A DNA stretch of 53,207 nucleotides, taken from positions 1-53,207 of the forward strand of contig JAQTXE010000001.1 in the NCBI GenBank assembly GCA_028688935.1, in the 5' to 3' direction. Every line of letters starts with the position of its first letter. Positions within the stretch are counted from its first letter, which is position 1. A program made the translations under genes and the position numbers. The DNA comes from Syntrophales bacterium. GTDB taxonomy: Bacteria; Desulfobacterota; Desulfobaccia; Desulfobaccales; 0-14-0-80-60-11. Of this stretch, positions 1-8,661 are shown one piece after another. The notes under the pieces were generated by a model. It was not told where the DNA came from. It saw only the letters and a list, made by a program, of their open reading frames with translations, and did no database searches.

Positions 1-2
1 AG

Positions 3-206
3 AAATACCAGGCGATTCTGGACCGGCTGGAACCGAAAAAGGTATACGAGGCCCTGGGGCAGGATGCAGTGCTCCTGTGTTGGGAGCAACCCGGAGAATT
101 CTGCCACCGGCGCCTGGTGGCCGCCTGGCTGGAGGAGGCCCTGGGCGTGACGGTGCCGGAGTTACCCTTTAATTATAACCCCAATCAAAAAGACCTTTTT
201 GAATGA
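3..206 (+). CDS. DUF488-family protein, C-terminal fragment (5' end outside the window)
   Basis: Frame 3 is open from the window edge to TGA 204-206. The translation ...DAVLLCWEQPGEFCHRRLVAAWLEEALG... carries the LLC-x-E...CHR C-terminal signature I associate with DUF488. Confidence 0.5.
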   Translation, partial: KYQAILDRLEPKKVYEALGQDAVLLCWEQPGEFCHRRLVAAWLEEALGVTVPELPFNYNPNQKDLFE

Positions 207-216
207 GGAGGTGTTT

Positions 217-1350
217 ATGGCTAAAAAACCCACAGGCGATTGCGCCACCTGCTCCTACTGGCGCAGGAGAAACAACCCCATTAAGGGGAAGGCCATTCCC
301 GGAGGGACGGGGAAATGCACCCGGAAAGAGGGGCTATGCGACAACCCCAAACCCAAAGACCCCCATCCCGGGCGGAAGAGGGAAAACGAAAAAGAAAGGG
401 GCCTGCGCCAACAGGCCCCCGAAACCATCCCTCAGTGTTTTCCACAGGGGAGCAATGAGGTTCCGCTAAACCTTATATACCCCAATCCGGATCAGCCGCG
501 CAAGGTTTTTCCTAAGGAAGCCATGGAAGAACTGGCCCTGTCCATCAAGGAGCAGGGTTTGATCGAACCCCTGGTGGTGGTGCCCAAGGGCGAGAAGTTC
601 ATGCTTATCGCCGGGGAGCGGCGCTGGCGAGCATGCCAGATGGCCGGGATCGCCACCGCCCCGGTACGCATCCTGGAGGCAGACGACCGGCAGATCGCCG
701 AAATGGCCTTGGTCGAGAACATTCAGCGTCAAGACTTGACCCCTCTGGAGGAGGCCCGGGCCTTCAAGGAGATGCTGGACAAGAACGGCTACACCAAGGA
801 GGAACTGGCCCAGAAGCTGGGGTTTAAGCAGGTATGGCGTGTGGATGAAAGGCTCTCCCTACTGAACCTGGCTCTGAAGTTCCAGGACGCCCTGGCCTTC
901 GGGATTATCACCCCTTCCCAGGGCTTTGAGATCAGCCGCCTGTCGGATGCCGAAGACCAGGAGGTGGTGTTCCGCAAGATCAAGGCCGGGGAACTCCCCA
1001 CGTATAACCATTTACGGCGTTTCGTAACCGCCATGGTGGACTCGAAAAAGGACAAGGTCCTATTCGCGATGCCCAAAAAGCAGGACCTGGAGATCGTCAA
1101 CCGCTGGGAGAAGACTTTGGATGCGGTCACCGGTTTGATCGTGAAGTCCTTTTCGCCCGAAGACTGCAAGGTGCTGGCCCGGGTCTGCCAGGGGAACGCC
1201 CAGGTGAACCTGATCAAAATCGATATGATCATCAAGCACCTGAACCAGGTGAAGAAGGCCATGCTGGAAAACGCCAGCCGCCAGGAGGTCTACGGCATCA
1301 TCAATGGTGGGGCGAACCTGGTCCCGGTGGCGAACGTGAATCCGGCATAG
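217..1350 (+). CDS. ParB/Spo0J-like nuclease-domain protein with a Cys-rich N-terminal extension
   Basis: ATG 217 is preceded by GAGGAGG (205-211); the ORF track's TTG 199 is less likely. Motifs: PNPDQPRK, LALSIKEQGLIEPLVV, IAGERRWRA, ALVENIQRQDL, plus an HTH-like region (YTKEELAQKLGF). N-terminus: CATCSYW...GKCTRKEGLC. Confidence 0.85.
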   Translation: MAKKPTGDCATCSYWRRRNNPIKGKAIPGGTGKCTRKEGLCDNPKPKDPHPGRKRENEKERGLRQQAPETIPQCFPQGSNEVPLNLIYPNPDQPRKVFPKEAMEELALSIKEQGLIEPLVVVPKGEKFMLIAGERRWRACQMAGIATAPVRILEADDRQIAEMALVENIQRQDLTPLEEARAFKEMLDKNGYTKEELAQKLGFKQVWRVDERLSLLNLALKFQDALAFGIITPSQGFEISRLSDAEDQEVVFRKIKAGELPTYNHLRRFVTAMVDSKKDKVLFAMPKKQDLEIVNRWEKTLDAVTGLIVKSFSPEDCKVLARVCQGNAQVNLIKIDMIIKHLNQVKKAMLENASRQEVYGIINGGANLVPVANVNPA

Positions 1351-1432
1351 AACGAAACCCCAAGGCTTGATGAACAGGGCGAGTGATCACGGATCCCCCG
1401 CCTTTGTTGTTTCTGGATGACATTAATCTATC

Positions 1433-1454
1433 GGCCTCCTTTGGGGGCCATTTT
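1433..1454 (+). terminator. Possible weak intrinsic terminator after the ParB-like gene
   Basis: 7-bp stem ggcctcc/ggggcc(c) (1433-1439 pairs with 1443-1449, one G-U pair), 3-nt loop, followed by ATTTT. Confidence 0.3.
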
Positions 1455-1477
1455 CAATTCATAAGGAGGAAACAAAG

Positions 1478-2608
1478 ATGCAGGTCAATATCGAGCGTGA
1501 AACTTTGTTAAAGGGAATCGGCCACGCCCTGGGTGTGGTGGATAAGCGGGGGAGCCTCCCCATCTTGAGCCACTGCCTGCTTCAGACCAACGGCAACGGG
1601 GTCTTCATTTCGGCCACCGACCTGGAGATCAGTTTCCGGGGTTTTTATCCCGCGGAAGTGGCGGAGCCCGGGGCGCTGACGGTGCAAGCGGGCTTCTTCA
1701 ACAATCTCATCAAGGACCTGCCCAAGGGCCCCCTGGCCCTGGTGGGCACGGACAAGGCCGCCATGGAGATCCGGACGGGTGACTCTCATTACCAACTTTA
1801 TGGCCTGGCCGCGGCGGAGTTTCCGAGCATCCCGGAAGTGGGTGAAGAAAACCTGGTGGAGGTGGAAAGCCGCTTGCTGAAGGAGATGATCCACAAAACC
1901 ATCTTTTCGGTATCCGGCGAAGACCTGCAATTCAACCTCTCCGGCATCTTCTGGGAAAAACTGGAGACCGATGAAGGCACATTTCTCCGCCTGGTCTCCA
2001 CCGACGGCCACCGCCTCACCTTGGTGGACCGGGTTCTCCCGGAGAGTGAGAAGATGGACCTGGGTGAAGGCATCCTGGTGCCTTTCAAGGCCATGCGGGA
2101 AATCGGCCGTTTCCTGGACGGCCAGGAGCAGGTGATTTTAGGCCTGAGCAAGAAAACCCTGGCCCTGCAGGCGGCCGATAAGCATCTCTTTATCCGGCTC
2201 CTGGACCGCAAGTTCCCCGAGTACCGGCGCATCATCCCGGAAAGCTTTGCCTACCGCTTCTCGGTCAACCGCAAGGAGCTTACCGACACCCTGAAGCGCA
2301 TCGCCCAGCTTTCCTCAGACCGTTTCAAAGGAGTGATCTTCAACCTGGCCGCGGACTCCGCCGAAGTCACCTTCGCCAACCCGGACGTGGGGGAAGGCCG
2401 GGAACTTCTTCCGGTGTCCCTGGAAGCAGGCGATGCTGACCAGCTTCCCCTGGAAGTGGGTTTCAATGCCCGGTATCTCCTGGAGCCGCTTCAGGCCATG
2501 GCCAGCGACACCGTCTTCCTGGAGATCAATGACCGGGATCACCCTTGTCGGCTCATGGACCAGGGAGATTCGCACTACTTCAGCATGGTCATGCCTATGA
2601 GCCTTTAG
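1478..2608 (+). CDS. dnaN: DNA polymerase III beta subunit (sliding clamp), phage-encoded
   Basis: 376 aa. AAGGAGGA RBS 8 nt upstream. N-terminus MQVNIERETLLKGIGHALGVVDKRGSLPILSHCLLQ..., then ISATDLEIS, LVSTDGHRL, RKFPEYRRIIP and C-terminal FSMVMPM, all typical DnaN signatures. Confidence 0.9.
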   Translation: MQVNIERETLLKGIGHALGVVDKRGSLPILSHCLLQTNGNGVFISATDLEISFRGFYPAEVAEPGALTVQAGFFNNLIKDLPKGPLALVGTDKAAMEIRTGDSHYQLYGLAAAEFPSIPEVGEENLVEVESRLLKEMIHKTIFSVSGEDLQFNLSGIFWEKLETDEGTFLRLVSTDGHRLTLVDRVLPESEKMDLGEGILVPFKAMREIGRFLDGQEQVILGLSKKTLALQAADKHLFIRLLDRKFPEYRRIIPESFAYRFSVNRKELTDTLKRIAQLSSDRFKGVIFNLAADSAEVTFANPDVGEGRELLPVSLEAGDADQLPLEVGFNARYLLEPLQAMASDTVFLEINDRDHPCRLMDQGDSHYFSMVMPMSL

Positions 2609-2631
2609 GGTAAAAACCAATCTTATCAACC

Positions 2632-2668
2632 GGGGGAGGTGATGAAGGTTGCCTCCCCCATTCTTTTT
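2632..2668 (+). terminator. Intrinsic terminator/attenuator after dnaN
   Basis: Perfect 8-bp G/C-rich stem gggggagg (2632-2639) / cctccccc (2652-2659), 12-nt loop, followed by ATTCTTTTT (2660-2668). The RBS AGGAGGA of the next gene follows directly. Confidence 0.6.
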
Positions 2669-2679
2669 AGGAGGAATCA

Positions 2680-3801
2680 ATGGCTATCAAAAATCTGGTG
2701 CCCCGGCTGGCAGAGCGGGGAAAAATCAAAATCGGAGAGAAGGGCGAGATCAAGACCTCCCAACAGGGAAAGCAATTCGCCCAGCCCAAGAAATTGGACC
2801 ATTTCCTGGTCACCACCATGCAACGGGATGCGGCCGGACGGATGCTCCCGGACCTGGAGTTGATGCGCAAACTGGCCCCCCAGGGCGGCAAGCTGAAGGA
2901 GTTGCCGGTGATGTTGCTCTATAACGACCCGGACATCAATTTTCAGACCCGGTATGCCTGCTATACCGGCAATCGCCTATGGTGCTGCGGGGATGGGGAA
3001 GGGGCCCAGAGGCTGGGGGAGGATGGCAAGTATCAGACCGTCCCCTGCCCCTGCCTGCGCCTGGAGTCTAACTATGCCGGCAAAGACAAATGCAAGCCCA
3101 ATGGCACCTTGCAAGTGCTCTTACAGGGGGTTGACCGTACAGGCGGGGTCTGGAAGTTCCGGACCACCTCCTGGAACAGCGTCCATTCCATCATGTCTTC
3201 CTTGAAGCTGATCCAGGCCATCACCGGTGGTGTCCTGGCGGGTATTCCCCTGAAACTGGTCCTCAGTCCCAAAACGGTCACCATCCCCGGGACCGGCCAG
3301 AACATGATCGTCTATGTCGTCAGTCTGGAGTTCCCCGGCACCGAGCAGGAACTGGCCAAGATCGGCTACGACATCGCCAAGAGGCGGGCCGATCACCGGG
3401 CCAAGATGGATCAGATCGAGGCCGAGGCCCGGAAGGCCCTGGAACATCTGGAAGAGACCCCTGAAGAAATGCGGGAGGTGCAGGAAGAGTTCTACCCAGA
3501 AGGGGTGACCATCGAGGTGAAGCCCGAAGCGGGGCAGGCGTCTGAACCGGCACCGGGAGAAGAGGGTCCCGAAGCAAGCCCTCCTGGGCCGAATGAGAAG
3601 ACAGAAGTACCAGGAGAAATTTCTTCTTCGCCCGAGTTGGAACCGGGAGAGGAGCCGGTGCCGCTATCCTGGGATTCTCCTCCTGTGCCACCCCAGCCCT
3701 CTGCGAATCCAAAAACCAACAAGGGCAAAAAAGGTTCGTCCACTCCCCCGCCATCGCCGCCAGGCGAAATGGTGGAAGAAGGCAAAACTACCCTCTTTTA
3801 A
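2680..3801 (+). CDS. Replication-module protein: Cys-cluster N-terminal domain plus ~110-aa acidic/Pro-rich disordered tail ending in TTLF (possibly phiC31 gp3-like family; function unknown)
   Basis: 373 aa with a strong RBS. N-terminus LVPRLAERGKIKIGEKGE...KLDHFLVTT. Cys cluster: CCGDGEG...VPCPCLRLE...KCKPNG. The tail from about aa 265 is E/P/S/G-rich. The family call is from memory only. Confidence 0.35.
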   Translation: MAIKNLVPRLAERGKIKIGEKGEIKTSQQGKQFAQPKKLDHFLVTTMQRDAAGRMLPDLELMRKLAPQGGKLKELPVMLLYNDPDINFQTRYACYTGNRLWCCGDGEGAQRLGEDGKYQTVPCPCLRLESNYAGKDKCKPNGTLQVLLQGVDRTGGVWKFRTTSWNSVHSIMSSLKLIQAITGGVLAGIPLKLVLSPKTVTIPGTGQNMIVYVVSLEFPGTEQELAKIGYDIAKRRADHRAKMDQIEAEARKALEHLEETPEEMREVQEEFYPEGVTIEVKPEAGQASEPAPGEEGPEASPPGPNEKTEVPGEISSSPELEPGEEPVPLSWDSPPVPPQPSANPKTNKGKKGSSTPPPSPPGEMVEEGKTTLF

Positions 3802-3970
3802 TCCTGAAATGATGATGCTAAAAGCGAGCCCCGGGGCGATTGGGGGTTTCCTCATAAACCCCTTTTCACCCTGGGGCAGAGCCTCAGTCAAAATTTGCGA
3901 GAATTTAAACCACCATCCCTCAGGTTTCTAATAGGCCCCAGGGATGAATCCTAATGAAGGAGCATGAATC

Positions 3971-5110
3971 ATGCCGGCCAAAAAAATAACCCAATATTCT
4001 TTCTCTCGCCTCGACCTTTACGAGAAGTGCCCTTGGGCGTATAAAAAAGTCATCCTGGAAGGAGTCCCCCGGGTTTCCAACGAGGCCATGGTCACCGGGA
4101 AGACGGTTCATGCCCTGATCGCCGATTACTTGCTACGGCTCATCAACCAGAAGCAGCAAACCGACTGGGAATGGGCGGAAGGGGCAGCCCCCAAAGATGC
4201 CTCGTCTGATGTCCTACAAATCTGGGAAAGATTTTATAACTCCTTTGTCCTGCCCCCCGCCCTGGAGGTCTATGGGGTGGAGCACAAGCTTGCCTTCGAT
4301 CGCGCCTGGTACCCCTGCGAATTCTCTTCCGCAGACGCTTACTTTCGGATGATAGTAGATTTTCATTTCCGCCAGGGAGAATTGGCGGTAGTGCTTGACT
4401 GGAAGAGCAACCGGGTGGTCCCCGAGATGGTAGAGAAGAACCTGCAACTGCGCACATACGGGTGGGGATTGAAACAAGTGGCCTATCCCGACGCCGAGGA
4501 GATTCTCTTGCGTTTGCACTTCCTCCGCTATGGCAAAGAGCGGGAAGTGCTCCTGGAACCCCAAGACCTCGAAGGCGTCCCGGAAATCCTAACAGACAAA
4601 ATCCGAGCCATTGAGCAAGATCAAGAATACACCCCCACCCCCGGCTCCTTTTGTGGTCTTTGTGGAGTCACTGCCCACTGTCCCGCCATGGCTCAAGCAT
4701 TGATGCCGGTGGAGGTTCTGGCTCCAGCAACCCTGGAGCAGGCGGAAAAGGCCGCTTCCCTTCTTCTAACCTTGCAGAAAATGGAGAAGGAACTGACTTC
4801 TCGGCTCAAGAATTGGGTCCGGGAAAACGGTCACATCAAGGTTGGCGATCTGGTCTACGGCCCAAGCCGAACGATCTCTTACGACTTTGACCCTCAACTT
4901 GTCGCCACTACTCTGTTAGAGGCTGGCCTCAACAGGGAAGAGGTTTGGTCGCTACTCTCAATCACCAAAACCAATTTGGAGAAAGGGCTGCGGAAGTTTA
5001 AGCGAAGGGACCTTCTTGAGATGGTACTATCTACCGCTGCCAGCAAGGGTTCGGAAAAGATAGATTTTCGGAAGGCGGAAGAGGCCATGAGTTCTACTCG
5101 CTGCAAATAA
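3971..5110 (+). CDS. PD-(D/E)XK nuclease, Cas4/RecB-like, with probable 4-Cys Fe-S cluster
   Basis: 379 aa. N-terminal SFSRLDLYEKCPWAY, core IVDFHF...VVLDWKSN (D...D-x-K), Y-rich motif, and C-terminal CGLCGVTAHCP. One N-terminal Cys plus three C-terminal Cys is the Cas4/AddB pattern. Confidence 0.75.
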   Translation: MPAKKITQYSFSRLDLYEKCPWAYKKVILEGVPRVSNEAMVTGKTVHALIADYLLRLINQKQQTDWEWAEGAAPKDASSDVLQIWERFYNSFVLPPALEVYGVEHKLAFDRAWYPCEFSSADAYFRMIVDFHFRQGELAVVLDWKSNRVVPEMVEKNLQLRTYGWGLKQVAYPDAEEILLRLHFLRYGKEREVLLEPQDLEGVPEILTDKIRAIEQDQEYTPTPGSFCGLCGVTAHCPAMAQALMPVEVLAPATLEQAEKAASLLLTLQKMEKELTSRLKNWVRENGHIKVGDLVYGPSRTISYDFDPQLVATTLLEAGLNREEVWSLLSITKTNLEKGLRKFKRRDLLEMVLSTAASKGSEKIDFRKAEEAMSSTRCK

Positions 5111-8100
5111 CGTGAAGAGGCACATTCGCTACTTCACGCAGATAGACTTCAGTCGAACCAAGTAAATCGAGCTGCTGTTCGCTAACCGCTTCTTTAGAGA
5201 TCCCCGGTTGAGCGATGATCATCCTAAAGTCGGGCTTCAGCATTCGCGCTCTCTCCGCAAGGCGATAAAGAGTGTTCCCGTTGCCGACGATAAACCCGCT
5301 TCTTCCATATAATCTGATACGGTTCTTCTCGCGATCAATCAGCTTATGAAATAAGATCTCGCTATTCCTGCGCCATCGGACGGATTTCTGAGTTTGACCG
5401 CACACCTCATAAAGATCGGCCACTCGACCACCAGGAACTTGTTCAGATGAGTATTTACAGTGAATTAACTTAACCACTAAACGATCTTCGTCGATACGCG
5501 CAGCAACAATGTCGGCGATCTCGCCAGGCCCGTCATCATCGATCATAATCTCCCAATCTGCAATTCCCTTCAAGTATTCGACGGCGCGCGCTTGGACCGT
5601 GTTTTCATCACGGTTCTGGCCCCATGACTCTTTTCGTAAATCTACACCAGACCAATCAAAGACTATGAGCTTGTCGAGATCGAAAGGCGGAAGAGCACGA
5701 TTTGGCTTTAGCAGCATTCCTGGCGGAACCACCGTCGCGTCTTGCTCGAACAGAATGCACAAACCATGCTGGGCGAGGTATTCGCTGAATGGTACGCGGG
5801 ATCGGCGAGTAACAACCTCAATATCTGCGACCTTTGCCCGATACTTCATTCCACCATCTGCGAACAGAATTTCATATCCAGCCTTCCATCTGGGTGTCGT
5901 CACGTCAAATCGGATCGGACCACTGTTCGAGAATTCAGTGATCTTAAGGTCAGCATCTATGAATGTCCAGCTATCGCCTCTGTGCTCAACCTGTGTTTCT
6001 TCGGAGATATTAAGGAATACTTCCCATGGCCATTCTAAACCCAGAGCGACATACGGGGGACGCGTCTCAACCACCTCTGGGCGAATGAAACCGCGCATTA
6101 CCTCGTCTACATTGATTCCTGGATCGTTCACCTTACTTCCAATATGATCACACCAGTCTTTCCAGTGTTTAATTGTCGGTGCGACACGATAGCTCCAGAT
6201 TCGACCTTTGAGTGAGGCTCCGATGCTCATCCGAACCCCATTCTCATAACCGTAAGCGAAGATGTTAGTTTTCGTCTTGGTCTGGGCCTCTGCAATCGGG
6301 AAACCTTCGATTACATCAGCACCAACGTGCATAGAGAAACGGCGACTCCGATTTCGGATGTCCAGCACGCCGACATTCGTAGGTACGAGGCGTTTGACGT
6401 TAGCCATTACCCGATAGACAGCCTCGCCAGAGAAACGCTCTACATCATCCCCGCACACCGCTTTTGCTAACCCCTCATGAAGAAGGTCGGTATTCGAACT
6501 GTTGACATAGAGGAGATGTCTGACCTCATCCCAGTAAAGGACATACAGATCATACCCAACCTCAACTAAGGTTTCGAGTTCACCCCACCGCACCGGTGAA
6601 CGTGACTCGGTGACAAACCAGGCGACATGGTCCTGTTGGTTAATTGCGATCGGATCTGTGAGGAGCGTCTCCTCTTTGTAAATCTCATAAATCCCATGAG
6701 GTCGCCAAGTCTCGCAGTGCGTGCGATACACAACGGTGCTCATCTTTGGCTCTATGTTCCTCAATGAGACTTCTTCGGGAAGTGCTCCAAAGGCTGCCTC
6801 GAATTCGCTTACTTCGTATTCCTCACCTACGGCTGCCTCGGAGAGATCTCTAATGATAAGGTTCCAATCGGGCTCTTCCGCATAAAGTTTGTGAAGGCTT
6901 TCGTCATACCGGCCTTCTGGCCGTCCGGTCACCACGCTCGCCTCCCCGATTTCTGCGCCAGCCACTCTAGCGAACCTCCCGACGAATTGAAGCGTTACGC
7001 CCAAGCTTTTATGCAGATCGTGAATCGCAGCAACCTTGAGTGATGGCAGGTCAAAGCCCTCACCGAGCATGTCTACACAGACAATTATCCTACTTTTTCG
7101 AGTTCGGAGGCTATCGAGAGCTGACTGGCGGATGTTCACTGGTAACGAGCTGTGCAATACGACTGGCTCTAGATCTGGTGCCAGTTCCATATAAAGCTTT
7201 TGTATCTCATTGGCGCGCCCTATTCGTTTGACGCGTGCCATCAAGAGATGGTCAAGGCCTGCCTTAAGGTCCCCCCGTAATCGCTCAATGGCGCGGGTGG
7301 CAATGGCTTTATCAGGATTTTCGAAGTCGACGACAGAGATATAGTTGATTTGCGAGAAGTAGCCATGCCTCTGAGCCTGCCGCAACGGAAATGAATAAAC
7401 GATTCGCCCGGCGATCCGACGCCCGTCTTCTCGAAATGGAGTCGCAGTAAACTGGAGGACGGGCTTGTCTTCGAATTCGTCTCGAATTCTACGCCAAGTC
7501 GCGGCTTCCACATGATGTGCTTCATCAACAAACAGATGAGAACAAGTACCGAGTAATGCCTGCATGACATTCGGCGAGGACGCAAACAATGCCTGAGGTG
7601 TTGTAACGATTACATTACAGCGCTCGGCAAATTCACTTCCCGCATTGGAACTAGAGAATGCATGCCGCAACTGGCCTACAACTGGACGAATGGCTTTTGC
7701 ACTAATAACATCGGATTCTTGCAGCACCCCAAATGATACAAATTTTGCCGCAAGCTGCGTGCGGAGCACTTCGGATGGAACCACTACGAGCAACCGCTGT
7801 GGGCGCGCGGTGACCAGCAGCGCGATCATCGTCTCGGTCTTGCCAGTCCCTGTTGGCATCACTACGCTAGCTGGCTGTGTTGATCCTGTGGTCCAGTAGC
7901 CAAGCACCCCATGTACGGCACCTAGTTGTGGTAATCGAAGCCCAGGACGATCATTTTCTTCTAAAACAAAGCTGAAGGAGTAGGCCCATGACTGCCTGGC
8001 TTCGGCCGGCGTAGTTGGTGACAAATCTCCTACCCAGCTAATGCGGTTGGGTTTCATAAAGGCTGCTTTCAAATTCTTCAGTCCTTCACGCCCCACCCGC

Positions 8101-8348
8101 AAGGCCCGTTTTCCAGGAGATAGGCTTGTCGCACCAGCTAAGAGTTGGATGACCGAACCATCCATCGAGACTAGGTGGGGTGGGAGGACTGATATTTCGA
8201 CCCGAGCATGCCCCGGTGCCAAGAGCATCTGCCTTGCACGATTGCGGTCAACCTTGATTTCACTTGAGAAGCATGGGGGTACCGCAACTTCAATCACGTC
8301 TTCACTAAATAGAGATTTTTGTGCTTTGCCTAACCTCTCACTCATCAC
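5094..8348 (-). CDS. SF2 (ResIII/DEAH-type) helicase fused to a large beta-rich middle region and a C-terminal restriction-endonuclease-like domain; single-gene defence candidate (Hna-like architecture)
   Basis: 1084 aa. Motif I VVMPTGTGKTET, motif II LFVDEAHHV, motif III LQFTATPFR, helicase-C VDMLGEGFDLP...QFVGRFAR. The C-terminal GEIADIVAARIDEDRLVVKLIHCKYS resembles a D...(D/E)xK nuclease core. Only minus-strand gene in the window. Confidence 0.7.
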   Translation of the reverse strand: MMSERLGKAQKSLFSEDVIEVAVPPCFSSEIKVDRNRARQMLLAPGHARVEISVLPPHLVSMDGSVIQLLAGATSLSPGKRALRVGREGLKNLKAAFMKPNRISWVGDLSPTTPAEARQSWAYSFSFVLEENDRPGLRLPQLGAVHGVLGYWTTGSTQPASVVMPTGTGKTETMIALLVTARPQRLLVVVPSEVLRTQLAAKFVSFGVLQESDVISAKAIRPVVGQLRHAFSSSNAGSEFAERCNVIVTTPQALFASSPNVMQALLGTCSHLFVDEAHHVEAATWRRIRDEFEDKPVLQFTATPFREDGRRIAGRIVYSFPLRQAQRHGYFSQINYISVVDFENPDKAIATRAIERLRGDLKAGLDHLLMARVKRIGRANEIQKLYMELAPDLEPVVLHSSLPVNIRQSALDSLRTRKSRIIVCVDMLGEGFDLPSLKVAAIHDLHKSLGVTLQFVGRFARVAGAEIGEASVVTGRPEGRYDESLHKLYAEEPDWNLIIRDLSEAAVGEEYEVSEFEAAFGALPEEVSLRNIEPKMSTVVYRTHCETWRPHGIYEIYKEETLLTDPIAINQQDHVAWFVTESRSPVRWGELETLVEVGYDLYVLYWDEVRHLLYVNSSNTDLLHEGLAKAVCGDDVERFSGEAVYRVMANVKRLVPTNVGVLDIRNRSRRFSMHVGADVIEGFPIAEAQTKTKTNIFAYGYENGVRMSIGASLKGRIWSYRVAPTIKHWKDWCDHIGSKVNDPGINVDEVMRGFIRPEVVETRPPYVALGLEWPWEVFLNISEETQVEHRGDSWTFIDADLKITEFSNSGPIRFDVTTPRWKAGYEILFADGGMKYRAKVADIEVVTRRSRVPFSEYLAQHGLCILFEQDATVVPPGMLLKPNRALPPFDLDKLIVFDWSGVDLRKESWGQNRDENTVQARAVEYLKGIADWEIMIDDDGPGEIADIVAARIDEDRLVVKLIHCKYSSEQVPGGRVADLYEVCGQTQKSVRWRRNSEILFHKLIDREKNRIRLYGRSGFIVGNGNTLYRLAERARMLKPDFRMIIAQPGISKEAVSEQQLDLLGSTEVYLREVANVPLHVICSE

Positions 8349-8661
8349 ATCTCCCTTCTATGTTCAATTGACCTCTTCAGACATTGTAGGTTCTATCTTT
8401 TTGTGCAATTTTCATATGATAGGCATGATAGCACAATTCCCGCCGTGAAAGTAATTTTCCCAAAAAATTGATATTGGACTTCCATAAAGCTTGCCTAAGC
8501 CCTGTTTAATCCGGATCATGTCTGGAATCTTCCGATATTTGGTGATAAGTTATGATTCTGACAGGTGGTTTGGACCGATAGCCTTCTCTATCTTAATCTT
8601 GATGGCCTTTGAGAAAAGAGACCAAGACCCATATGAGTCTCAATTAATAAGGAGGTCCGCT

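Noticed and set aside
3593-3931. 112-aa ORF overlapping the tail of the 373-aa gene and the following gap, plus the 10-bp palindrome gccccggggc at 3828-3837.
   Set aside because: The ORF is an alternative frame of a low-complexity Pro/Glu-rich coding region and has no RBS. A single short GC palindrome in GC-rich DNA is not significant.
5509-6147. 212-aa + strand ORF (and 5742-6038, 7040-7231, 7645-7899, 8041-8448) inside the minus-strand helicase gene.
   Set aside because: They are antisense to a gene with a complete helicase motif series. Their sequences are Ser/Arg-rich with no motifs or RBS.
8491-8661. N-terminal extensions implied by the ORF track: 8491 for EEP, 199 for ParB, 12486 for PtuA, 15855 for DUF3326, 30506 for the protease, 36112 for the chaperone, 44246 for the fibre, 48639 for the endolysin, 49931 and 50253 for the lysis genes.
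   Set aside because: In each case an internal ATG with a good Shine-Dalgarno sequence lies just downstream of the previous gene's stop. The extension would overlap the upstream gene or run through AT-rich promoter-like DNA.
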